The notes under the pieces: generated by a model | What the model was told of the DNA's origin: nothing | The model's input: only the letters and a program-made list of their open reading frames with translations | Database searches by the model: none | In this document: in pieces, positions 54,636 to 63,372 of the stretch | How the letters are laid out: each line of letters begins with the position of its first letter | Position numbering within the stretch: the stretch's first letter is position 1 | Translations under genes and position numbers: made by a program | NCBI GenBank assembly: GCA_016209685.1 | Contig: JACQVQ010000008.1 | Span: forward strand, 129,778 to 193,777 | DNA length: 64,000 bases | Source of the DNA: Planctomycetota bacterium | GTDB lineage: Bacteria > Planctomycetota > Brocadiia > Brocadiales > Bathyanammoxibiaceae | Reading direction: 5' to 3'

Positions 54636-54953
54636 ATGATGTACTATGATGTTGTTGGAGTGAGATATATAGAAGGGTATAAGTTAGAGGTGGTATTTGA
54701 AAATGGGAAGAGGGGAATCGTTGATTTACAGAGCTATGTAAAAGAGGGTGGAATCTTCAGTCGTTTTTCTGATAGGGAATATTTTAGGCAAGTTTGTGTT
54801 AATAAAGAGTTGGGTGTACTATGTTGGCCGGATGGATTAGACATTGCTCCAGAGACCCTTTACAGTAAGGCAACCGGAGAACCACTTCCTACCTGGGTGT
54901 CACCGGAAACAAATAGACCTCAAAGGAAAGTTGTTAAAAAGGCACTCAGGTAA
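54636..54953 (+). CDS. DUF2442-family protein
   Basis: VVGVRYIEGYKLEVVFENGKRGIVDL. Follows the DUF4160 gene after 8 nt. Confidence 0.7.
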   Translation: MMYYDVVGVRYIEGYKLEVVFENGKRGIVDLQSYVKEGGIFSRFSDREYFRQVCVNKELGVLCWPDGLDIAPETLYSKATGEPLPTWVSPETNRPQRKVVKKALR

Positions 54954-55067
54954 ATGTCTTGTCTTGAGGCCTTTCTTTTAAATCAATTCACTGATTGACA
55001 CACACTGCGGTTGCCCTTATAGTAAAGTAAAGTTTCGCAGGCTAAAGCCTGCGGCTACGGGTTTAGC

Positions 55068-55715
55068 ATGAAAGAAAATCCAGAAGGCCTTATAGTTGCC
55101 CTCACCGGGGCCAGTGGGATGCCCTATGCCAGGAGGCTCCTCCAGGTACTCTGCGAGAAGGGGATACAGGTACACCTCAGCATCTCTGAGGCCGCATTCC
55201 TGGTAATAAGGGAGGAACTGGGACTAAGGCTTGATATAAATAACCCGGATTTGGAGGCCCTGGTAGGCCGGGACGTCCGCCCCATCTGGTACCATAAGGT
55301 TACCCAGCTTGATGCCCCCATTGCCTCAGGTAGCTTTCCCATCAGGGGTATGGTGATAATCCCATGCAGTATGAACACCCTGGGTGCGGTGGCCAATGGC
55401 CTTGCCTCCAATCTCATCCAGCGGGCGGCCAGTGTCGCCCTCAAGGAGAACCGCAGACTAATTCTTGTCCCTAGAGAAACCCCGCTGAACACCATAAACC
55501 TTGAGAATATGTTGAAGGTGGCCAGGGCGGGGGCACATCTGATACCTGCCATGCCAGGCTTCTACCACCATCCCAAAACGGTGGAAGACCTGGTAGATTT
55601 CATGGTGGCCAGGGTGCTGGACTCCCTCCAGATAGGACATGACCTCCTTGTCCCTTACGAGGGACCCTTCCAGGAAACAGGGGGCAGGGGACAGGGGACA
55701 GGGGACAGGGGATAG
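55068..55715 (+). CDS. ubiX: Flavin prenyltransferase UbiX, with a C-terminal tail encoded by a heptamer array
   Basis: ALTGASGMPYARRLLQVL...IIPCSMNTLGAVANG. The tail ETGGRGQGTGDRG is encoded by the GGGGACA repeats. Confidence 0.9.
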   Translation: MKENPEGLIVALTGASGMPYARRLLQVLCEKGIQVHLSISEAAFLVIREELGLRLDINNPDLEALVGRDVRPIWYHKVTQLDAPIASGSFPIRGMVIIPCSMNTLGAVANGLASNLIQRAASVALKENRRLILVPRETPLNTINLENMLKVARAGAHLIPAMPGFYHHPKTVEDLVDFMVARVLDSLQIGHDLLVPYEGPFQETGGRGQGTGDRG

Positions 55716-55760
55716 AATTCTATCCTGTTACCTGTCGCCTGTAACCTGTAACCTGTTCCC
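55680..55760. repeat. Inverted heptamer arrays around the palindrome GATAGAATTCTATC
   Basis: Left arm has five G4/G5 runs (55680-55711, GGGGACA x4). Right arm reads CTGTTAC CTGTCGC CTGTAAC CTGTAAC CTGTTCC. Confidence 0.85.
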
Positions 55761-55816
55761 TTGCTTAAATGGGGGATTTCATTATAATTTGGGCATGACA
55801 CATCCGAGGGCGGTCA

Positions 55817-56956
55817 ATGGACAATCCTGAAGTAAAGAAAGGCAGTGGCGTCCGCCCCAGGCAGACTGGCGACAAGGGCAGGGGCTACGGTTACTGGATC
55901 CTGGCCTCTGTGGCCTTCTTCTTCTTCCTATCCACGGTGATGCTGGCAACCGTGCTCTTTGGAGGACTTGCCCTTATGCGTGCCTTCTCCCTGGAGGACG
56001 AGTCCCTTAGGGAGGCCTATATAGAAGAGACCGTGGAGGGTATCGGCGAGAAGAAGATTGCAGTCATACCCATAGAGGGGATAATCCGTAGTGGTCCATC
56101 AGCCTTTGGTCCAGATGAGGCGGGCCTGGTGGAGGCCTTCAAGAAGCGGATGGAGAAGGCCGGAGAGGATGCCCACGTGGAGGCCATCCTCTTGAGGATA
56201 GACAGCCCAGGGGGTGGGATAACTGCCAGTGACGTCATCTACAACGAACTCATTAAATATAAAGAAGAAAAGAAAAAGAAGGTAGTCGCCTGTCTGGAGG
56301 ACGTGGCCGCCTCGGGGGCCTACTATGTCGCAGTGGCCTCAGATAAGATTGTGGCCCACCCTACTACAATAACGGGCAGTATAGGCGTAATCCTGCCCCT
56401 GATAAACGTCTCGGAACTTATAAAAAGATACGGCATAGAAGACAAGTCCATAACCTCCGGCCCTTTCAAGGAGATAGGCTCTCCGCTCAAGCCAATGAGC
56501 CCTGAGGAGGAGGCGGTCTTGAAGGGCATCGTTGAGGAGATGTACACCAGGTTCATTACGGTAGTCTCTAAAGGCAGGAACATCCAGCTGGAGGACGTCA
56601 GGAAGCTGGCCGACGGGAGGATTTACACCGCACAGCAGGCCCAGGCCCTTGGCCTTATAGACCAGACGGGATACCTCTCCGATGCCATAAAACTGACAAA
56701 AGAACTGGCAGGGCTGAAGGAGGCGAAGGTAGTCAGGTACAAGAAGAAATGGGGCATCAAAGACCTCCTCAGCCTCAAGACAAATGTGCCTTCAATTACC
56801 CTCATCGGGGGTGGCCCTGCTAATGATAATAGTGCCTCCCCGGACGTCTCCAGGCTTATGTACCTATGGCCTGGCTTCCATGCCGCAGGTGTACCGCTCG
56901 ATAACTATTTCTATGCGCCCTTTGGCGGTGGACACCTATTGAAGACAGGCAATTAG
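55817..56956 (+). CDS. sppA: Signal peptide peptidase SppA (36K type)
   Basis: N-terminal TM helix; IDSPGGG and DVAASGAYYVA motifs. Confidence 0.88.
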   Translation: MDNPEVKKGSGVRPRQTGDKGRGYGYWILASVAFFFFLSTVMLATVLFGGLALMRAFSLEDESLREAYIEETVEGIGEKKIAVIPIEGIIRSGPSAFGPDEAGLVEAFKKRMEKAGEDAHVEAILLRIDSPGGGITASDVIYNELIKYKEEKKKKVVACLEDVAASGAYYVAVASDKIVAHPTTITGSIGVILPLINVSELIKRYGIEDKSITSGPFKEIGSPLKPMSPEEEAVLKGIVEEMYTRFITVVSKGRNIQLEDVRKLADGRIYTAQQAQALGLIDQTGYLSDAIKLTKELAGLKEAKVVRYKKKWGIKDLLSLKTNVPSITLIGGGPANDNSASPDVSRLMYLWPGFHAAGVPLDNYFYAPFGGGHLLKTGN

Positions 56957-56968
56957 GCCTACAGCAAG

Positions 56969-58438
56969 ATGATACGGGTACGTTTTGCCCCCTCCCCGAC
57001 AGGCCCCATACACCTGGGTAATGCCAGGACGGCCCTCTTTAACTGGCTCTTCGCCAGGCATAATGGCGGAGTCTTCATACTCAGGATTGAGGATACAGAC
57101 GTTACCCGCTCAGACCCCCGTTACACCCAACTAATTATGGACGACCTCCGGTGGTTAGGGATGGACTGGCAGGAGGGGCCGGATGCGGGAGGGCCTTACG
57201 GGCCTTACGTCCAGTCTCAGAGGCTCTCCACATACCAGGATTTTGCAGAGAAGTTACTGGAGGAAGGGAAGGCCTATCCCTGTTACTGTACCCAGTCGGA
57301 ACTGGAGGAGCGACGGAAGGCGGCCCTGGCCAGGGGCAGACCCCCACGCTATGACAATCGCTGCAGAAACCTATCTGAGGCGGAGAAGAAGGCCCTTGAG
57401 TCGCAGGGCAGAAGACCTTCCCTGCGGTTCCTCATACCGCCTGGCGAGAAATTGGCCTTTGAGGACATGATTAGGGGTAGATGCGAATTCAACCTGTCCG
57501 TGTTAGGGGATTTTGTGATTATGAAGGCAGACGGTACACCCTCTTTCCACATGGCAGTGGTGGTGGACGATGCCCTGATGAGAATAACCCACGTAATACG
57601 TGGTGAAGACCACCTGAGTAATACACCCTTGCATATCCTCCTCTTTGAGGCCCTGGGTTTCCCCAGGCCGCACTACGCCCACCTGCCCATGATAGCAGGG
57701 GAGGAGGGAGACCCGCTCAGTAAGAGGGCTGGTGCCTTTTCCATCCAGGATTACAAGGGGTGGGGCTATCTACCCGAGGCCCTGGTCAACTATATGCTGT
57801 TACTGGGCTGGAGTCCAGGACAGAAGCAGGAAAAACTTACCCTGGCGGAGGCGGTGGAGAGATTTGACGTGAGGCACGTAAGTAAATCCCCCGCCCATTT
57901 TGACCCAAAGAAACTAGACTGGCTGGCAGAAAAGTATCTTCGTCAGGCAGACTCAGAGAGGCTGATAGAACTAATTGTTCCCCTCCTGCCAGAGGAGGCC
58001 AAGAAGGTGGAACGACCAAGGCTAAAGGCCCTCGTAGAGGCTGTCAGGCCGGGGCTTGCCAACCTGTCCCAGGTAGTAAAAGAGTCTGAATGGTTCTTCA
58101 AGGAACCCGTCTTGGACGAAGGCCAGATAACGGCCTTGTCCAGCGACAAACCCCGGGCCGTCCTTGCCCAGGTACTTGAGGCACTTGAAGGGCAGGAAGA
58201 AAGTTTTATTAAAGAGTATAATAAATTTATAAAACAGTTGGCCGAAAAGGGTGGCCTCGCCCCAAAGGAGGTAATGATGCCCCTGAGGCTGGCCCTGACG
58301 GGGAGTACCCATGGCCCCGAACTGGTTGCCGTCATCTCCCTCCTCGGCCATGAGGGATGCAAAAGGAGACTAAAGAAACTACTCACACAGATTGGGCAGT
58401 TGAATAAGAATGAAATCAATCTACTTAAAGAGACATGA
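56969..58438 (+). CDS. gltX: Glutamyl-tRNA synthetase
   Basis: RFAPSPTGPIHLGNARTAL (HIGH) and a PLSKR (KMSKS-like) motif. Confidence 0.95.
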   Translation: MIRVRFAPSPTGPIHLGNARTALFNWLFARHNGGVFILRIEDTDVTRSDPRYTQLIMDDLRWLGMDWQEGPDAGGPYGPYVQSQRLSTYQDFAEKLLEEGKAYPCYCTQSELEERRKAALARGRPPRYDNRCRNLSEAEKKALESQGRRPSLRFLIPPGEKLAFEDMIRGRCEFNLSVLGDFVIMKADGTPSFHMAVVVDDALMRITHVIRGEDHLSNTPLHILLFEALGFPRPHYAHLPMIAGEEGDPLSKRAGAFSIQDYKGWGYLPEALVNYMLLLGWSPGQKQEKLTLAEAVERFDVRHVSKSPAHFDPKKLDWLAEKYLRQADSERLIELIVPLLPEEAKKVERPRLKALVEAVRPGLANLSQVVKESEWFFKEPVLDEGQITALSSDKPRAVLAQVLEALEGQEESFIKEYNKFIKQLAEKGGLAPKEVMMPLRLALTGSTHGPELVAVISLLGHEGCKRRLKKLLTQIGQLNKNEINLLKET

Positions 58439-60128
58439 GCTTTTTAAAGAGCTAAGTCTGCTGGCTAGTAAGGCGATAGACGCCTGCATCCTGAGTACCT
58501 CTACGCTGAATGAAGAGCTGTCCAGGCAGTGCCTAAATGAGTGTGTCAGAATCACGCGGGACGATGGTCTAATCTTTGTCCATGGACTACCGCATACCCT
58601 ACCCTCTTTGCTAGAACCTTTAATGGAGAGTCTTACGTTTAAATACTGGATTGCGATAGAATCTACTCCTGTAAAAGAAGGAAGATGCCTTCCTACTACT
58701 CACTCTGCGGTGGTGCTCTTCGCAAAACAAAAAAAGTACTTCCAAATAAATAAGGCACGATTCCCTCATAGGTACTGTGCCTTTTGCAATAAGACCCTGA
58801 AAGACTGGGGAGGTAAGGCCCACTTGATGCATCCAGACGGATTTGCCGTATCAGATGTCTGGAGACATTTTCCGAAGGCAGATAATTACACCAAGATTTC
58901 CTTACCTGTATTGCAGGCCCTCTTTTCTCTGGCTAATGTGGGGGAGAAAGCAATCTGTGCCGTAGGACCATTAGAAGCCCTCTCTTTTAGAGAGCCTGAT
59001 TACTCCGAGACGACGAAGAGACTAAAATCAATTAATGCACACATTGCGGAGGAACTATTTGATAAATTATACAGCCAGTACGCCTTATCCTTAGAATCCT
59101 CTAGTAAACATACTAAAAAACAATTACCTGGCGAAGTCAAAGTAAATACTCTTGATGAGACTTTACTGGACAAAGTACATCAAGGGGATATAGTAGAAAT
59201 ACTAAAGAGGTATCCTCCAAACTCAGTGGATCTGGTCTTTGCCGACCCTCCGTATAATCTTGACAAAATGTACAACTCTTACGATGACAAAAAGAAAGAA
59301 GGCCTCTACCTGGAGTGGTGTAACTCATGGCTAAAAGAATATATCAGGGTATTGAAGCCCACAGGCTCACTCTTCCTTCTAAACCTTCCCAAATGGGCAA
59401 TCTACCACGCACGTTTCTTGAACCAGTATCTGTTCTTTCAGAACTGGATTGTCTGGGATGCCGTGTCTGAACCACGTGGCAAACTAATGCCTTCTCATTA
59501 CGCACTGCTTTTTTATACAAAACATCCTACTGACTTTACTTTTAACTATGATAGAGTTTCAGAGATTGATGCTCCAACCTTTTGCATTAGGGCTGGCTGT
59601 ATAAAGGAGAGAAAAAAACAGGGCATTGACCAAAAAGTTCCTCTCACAGATATCTGGTGGGATATTCATAGGATAAAGCATAAAAAGGAACGAGACCCCC
59701 ATCCATGCCAGTTGCCTGAAAAATTAATGGAAAGGATAATCCTCCTCACCACAAATGAGGGGGACGTTGTGCTAGATGGTCTTTGTGGAACAGGCACTAC
59801 ACCCCTCGTGGCCACCAGGTTGAAGAGACGATACATTGCTATAGATTTGGATAGAAACTATGTAGAGATAACCAGAAGAAAACTGCAAGAGATAAAGAGC
59901 AAGGGTTACATCTGGAGAGAACCTATCAAAAGATACAAAAAACCAATTACTAAAAAACAATTACAACTTGAGCTAAGAGGGCTAACGAAGACCCTGGGTA
60001 GATTGCCCACAGAAGGAGATATAAGGTCAATGAGCAAATACAGCCTGGAGACATTTAAGGAGAACTTCCCCTCATTAGGAAAGGCCCTTAAGGCGGCTAA
60101 ACTGGAGGTGATGAGTGAAGCCACCTGA
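58410..60128 (+). CDS. Beta-class N6/N4 DNA methyltransferase with an N-terminal degenerate half-domain and a C-terminal homing-endonuclease-associated-repeat-like segment
   Basis: Motif IV VDLVFADPPYNL and motif I VVLDGLCGTGTT. aa ~50-160 parallel aa ~310-420 but lack DPPY. C-terminal GRLPTEGDIRSMSKYSLETFKENFPSLGKALKAAKL. The start overlaps the end of gltX by 29 nt. Confidence 0.8.
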   Translation: MKSIYLKRHELFKELSLLASKAIDACILSTSTLNEELSRQCLNECVRITRDDGLIFVHGLPHTLPSLLEPLMESLTFKYWIAIESTPVKEGRCLPTTHSAVVLFAKQKKYFQINKARFPHRYCAFCNKTLKDWGGKAHLMHPDGFAVSDVWRHFPKADNYTKISLPVLQALFSLANVGEKAICAVGPLEALSFREPDYSETTKRLKSINAHIAEELFDKLYSQYALSLESSSKHTKKQLPGEVKVNTLDETLLDKVHQGDIVEILKRYPPNSVDLVFADPPYNLDKMYNSYDDKKKEGLYLEWCNSWLKEYIRVLKPTGSLFLLNLPKWAIYHARFLNQYLFFQNWIVWDAVSEPRGKLMPSHYALLFYTKHPTDFTFNYDRVSEIDAPTFCIRAGCIKERKKQGIDQKVPLTDIWWDIHRIKHKKERDPHPCQLPEKLMERIILLTTNEGDVVLDGLCGTGTTPLVATRLKRRYIAIDLDRNYVEITRRKLQEIKSKGYIWREPIKRYKKPITKKQLQLELRGLTKTLGRLPTEGDIRSMSKYSLETFKENFPSLGKALKAAKLEVMSEAT

Positions 60129-61029
60129 ACCAAGAAAGCTGTCCTTTGAGGAGGCATGGGAAAGTACAACTGAATTCTTTGTTGATGATAGTGTAGAAGA
60201 AGAGGTTGACAAGAAGATTGAAAATATATACACGGCGACCCGTGGGGTTCATAAGTTTGAAAATATAGACGAGTTTGCCCAGTTTTTAAAAGATGAAGAA
60301 GGTGCGTTAGACTCCGTTTTGGCAGACGTTGGCCTTCCACAAGAGAGATTCAAAAGAATAATAACTTTGTTAAGGAGAAAAGGTAGGATACCAGGAGGTT
60401 TTGACCAGGAATGGGGTATTGGAAGGATAAGAAGACTACTCGTGGACAACGCATTCGCCCATACAATTGCAAACGTCCTTTTCCATGGTAAGGAAGACCC
60501 TTTCCTGAAGAGATACCTCCCGAAATATTACCGAGAAAAGTTAAATTGGGAAGAAATTAGCGACTACGAAGGGAGAAAATTAAAAATAAAAGAAACTATT
60601 TATCGTAGAGAATACGCAAATATCAGGGGCAGAAAGATAGAAGAAATTATAGGGAAAAAACTTGAGGCCATTAAACGCAAATATGGAATAGATTACGGAC
60701 GAGGGCGTTCAAGGCTAGTAGATGTTGACGTTGACTGGGCAGTTCCTGGGGTAGAGGCCCCCTGGGTAGTTATAATGGTTTCCTATCAGGAGACTACATC
60801 CAGTGGACAGACAACGAAGGCACGTGATATGTTGAATGCCTATAATCGCATACGCACTTCAAACAGCCGGAATAGAGAGAACAGGGCTTTTGTTAATTTT
60901 ATTGATGGAGTGGGTTGGCTGGCAAGAAAGGCTGACTTTAAAAGACTTATAGGTGAATGCCATTACTTCTTAAATCTGAAAAATCTGGACATACTGGAAG
61001 GGATCGTGCTAAAACACGTAACTAAGTGA
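60115..61029 (+). CDS. Putative restriction endonuclease partner of the 58410 methylase (assigned by context only)
   Basis: GTG start 4 nt after GGAGGTG, 14-nt overlap with the methylase gene, AT-rich. I could not pin down a catalytic motif. Confidence 0.4.
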   Translation: MKPPEPRKLSFEEAWESTTEFFVDDSVEEEVDKKIENIYTATRGVHKFENIDEFAQFLKDEEGALDSVLADVGLPQERFKRIITLLRRKGRIPGGFDQEWGIGRIRRLLVDNAFAHTIANVLFHGKEDPFLKRYLPKYYREKLNWEEISDYEGRKLKIKETIYRREYANIRGRKIEEIIGKKLEAIKRKYGIDYGRGRSRLVDVDVDWAVPGVEAPWVVIMVSYQETTSSGQTTKARDMLNAYNRIRTSNSRNRENRAFVNFIDGVGWLARKADFKRLIGECHYFLNLKNLDILEGIVLKHVTK

Positions 61030-61035
61030 TTAACC

Positions 61036-62493
61036 ATGAGCCTGAAGATATATAACACACTCACCAGAAATAAAGAAGAGTTTAAGCCCTTACATGAGGG
61101 CATGGTGGGTATGTATGTCTGCGGCCCTACGGTGTATGACCACCCCCACCTGGGCCATGCCAAGAGCTACGTCAGCTTTGACGTGGTGGTACGCTACCTC
61201 CGCTACCGGGGTTATAAAGTTCGCTACGTGCAGAACATCACCGACGTGGGCCACCTGACGGATAATGCCGACGCAGGGGAGGATAAGATAGAACTGCGGG
61301 CACGCCTGGAGCGTCTTGAGCCTATGGAACTGGTGGAGAAGTACATGAGGAGCTACTTTGAGGATATGGACGCCCTGAACGTCTTAAGGGCAGACATATC
61401 CCCCAGGGCCACGGGACACATACCTGAGCAGATTGGACTCGTAGAGAAACTCCTTGAGAAGGGGCAGGCCTACGAGGCGGGAGGTTCGGTGTATTTTGAC
61501 GTTAGGAGATTTGAGGGCTACGGAAAGCTGTCTGGACGAAGACTGGAGGAGTTACAATCCTCCGTAAGGATAGAGCCTAACCCTGAGAAGCGTTACCCAC
61601 TGGACTTTGCCCTCTGGAAGAAGGCACTGCCTGGACACATCCTCAGGTGGAGAAGCCCCTGGGGGGAGGGTTTCCCTGGCTGGCACCTGGAGTGCTCGGC
61701 CATGTCCATGAGGTATCTTGGAGAGACCTTTGATATACATGGAGGCGGTCTGGAGAACGTCTTCCCCCACCACGAGTGCGAGGTTGCCCAGAGCGAGGCC
61801 GCCAATGAAAGGCCGTTTGTGAGGTATTGGATGCACAACAACATGGTAACCGTGGGCGGGCAGAAGATGGGGAAGTCTCTGGGTAACTTCGTCACCCTCA
61901 AACAGGCCTTTGAGAGACATCTACCTATGGTGGTGCGGTTCTTCATCCTGAATTCCCACTACCGCAGTCCACTGGATTACACGGAGGAGGCCCTGGGGGC
62001 GGCCGCCAATGGACTGGAACACCTCCTTATAGCCGTAAAGACGGTAAAAGAGAGGTTGAGATACTCTAAGGAGTTAGCCCCGGAAAAGGCCATCCTGGAC
62101 CAGATTGAGGCCCACAGGAGACTCTTCCTGGGGGCCATGGACGATGATTTTAACACCGCAGAGGCACTGGCCGCCCTCTTCCAGTTCTCAAGGGGAGCCA
62201 ACCTTATCCTGGGTTCCGGTCAGGAAATAAGTCACCAGGCCCTCCTGGAGATGGATAATTTCTATCGCACCCTTGGGGGAGATATACTGGGTATAATTAC
62301 TGAGGCCCCGCAGTTAACAACGGGTAGAGATGAAAAAGAGGAGGCCTTAGTCCAACTCCTGATAGAGACCCGTAACCGTTTGCGTCAGGCCAAGCAGTGG
62401 CAACTGGCCGATGAGTTGCGTAGCCAACTGGACAAGTTGGGGATACTCCTGGAAGATAAACCTGAAGGGACTCAATGGAGGAGGAAGTTGTAA
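61036..62493 (+). CDS. cysS: Cysteinyl-tRNA synthetase
   Basis: HLGHAKSY (HIGH), KMGKSLGN (KMSKS), WHLECSAM. Confidence 0.95.
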   Translation: MSLKIYNTLTRNKEEFKPLHEGMVGMYVCGPTVYDHPHLGHAKSYVSFDVVVRYLRYRGYKVRYVQNITDVGHLTDNADAGEDKIELRARLERLEPMELVEKYMRSYFEDMDALNVLRADISPRATGHIPEQIGLVEKLLEKGQAYEAGGSVYFDVRRFEGYGKLSGRRLEELQSSVRIEPNPEKRYPLDFALWKKALPGHILRWRSPWGEGFPGWHLECSAMSMRYLGETFDIHGGGLENVFPHHECEVAQSEAANERPFVRYWMHNNMVTVGGQKMGKSLGNFVTLKQAFERHLPMVVRFFILNSHYRSPLDYTEEALGAAANGLEHLLIAVKTVKERLRYSKELAPEKAILDQIEAHRRLFLGAMDDDFNTAEALAALFQFSRGANLILGSGQEISHQALLEMDNFYRTLGGDILGIITEAPQLTTGRDEKEEALVQLLIETRNRLRQAKQWQLADELRSQLDKLGILLEDKPEGTQWRRKL

Positions 62494-62569
62494 TATATGG
62501 AGTCCAGTCCGCCTGAGGCGGATGTCGCTGGTATAAATCCATTGACTTTAAAGAAAGTAAGGAGTTGCG

Positions 62570-63256
62570 GTGAAGTTAAAGACAGCTAATAGCCCCCTGG
62601 TTACGCTACAGATGGTGAAGGACCACCCGGACGTGCAGGTCTACATAGACAAGGCGGACGAGTTTTTGGGCAACATTGGTTATACGGAGCATGGCAGGCG
62701 TCATGCCAACTACGTAGCCCATAACGCCGGCAGGATTCTCAGGGAGCTTGGCTACGAAGAAAAGTCCTGCGAACTGGCGGCCATTGCGGGCTACATCCAC
62801 GATATAGGGAACGTGGTCAACAGGCCCTCTCATCCCGCAACCGGGGCCTACCTGGCCCATCAATTCCTCAGGGAACTTGGTATGCCACTGGAAGACGTCC
62901 TTGCCGTGATGGGGGCGATAGGTAGTCACGACGAGGACTGCTGTGAACCCGTAAACGTGGTAGGTGCGGCACTGATAATTGCAGATAAATCAGACGTCCA
63001 CCGCAGTCGTGTCCGCTCCCCCAAGGAGATAAGGTTTGATATACACGATAGGGTTAATTATGCAGTAAGGAGGGCCGAGCTTAAATTAGATACAAACAGA
63101 AGGCTTATCAGCCTGGAGCTGGACATAGACAGGGACATCTCTGACATGGTGGAGTACTTTGAGATATTCACCACAAGGATGGTCGCCTGCCGCCGAGCCG
63201 CCAAACTCCTGGGCTGTACCTTTGAGGTACAGGTGGTGCAGGAGAATGGGAAATAG
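62570..63256 (+). CDS. HD-domain phosphohydrolase-like protein
   Basis: HGRRHANYVA...GYIHDIGN (H...HD). GTG start after AAGGAG. Confidence 0.75.
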   Translation: MKLKTANSPLVTLQMVKDHPDVQVYIDKADEFLGNIGYTEHGRRHANYVAHNAGRILRELGYEEKSCELAAIAGYIHDIGNVVNRPSHPATGAYLAHQFLRELGMPLEDVLAVMGAIGSHDEDCCEPVNVVGAALIIADKSDVHRSRVRSPKEIRFDIHDRVNYAVRRAELKLDTNRRLISLELDIDRDISDMVEYFEIFTTRMVACRRAAKLLGCTFEVQVVQENGK

Positions 63257-63260
63257 GAGT

Positions 63261-63372
63261 GAGAACTCTGCAAAACGCCCAAAATGTCATTCTGAGTTGC
63301 CGAAGGCAACGAAGAATCCCAGCCAAAACACGAGATTCTTCGCTTTGCTCAGAATGACAAGGGGTGGAGTTT
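63261..63372. mobile_element. MITE copy whose right end is replaced by the 63373-63486 element
   Basis: GAGAACTCTGCAAAACG...GTCATTCTGAG...CAGAATGACAAGGGGTGGAGTTT, then GTAGGGTGCG begins. Confidence 0.7.

Noticed and set aside
55680-55760. Possibility that the heptamer arrays are CRISPR arrays
   Set aside because: The units are 7 nt, directly abutting, with no unique spacers. No cas genes are present in the window.
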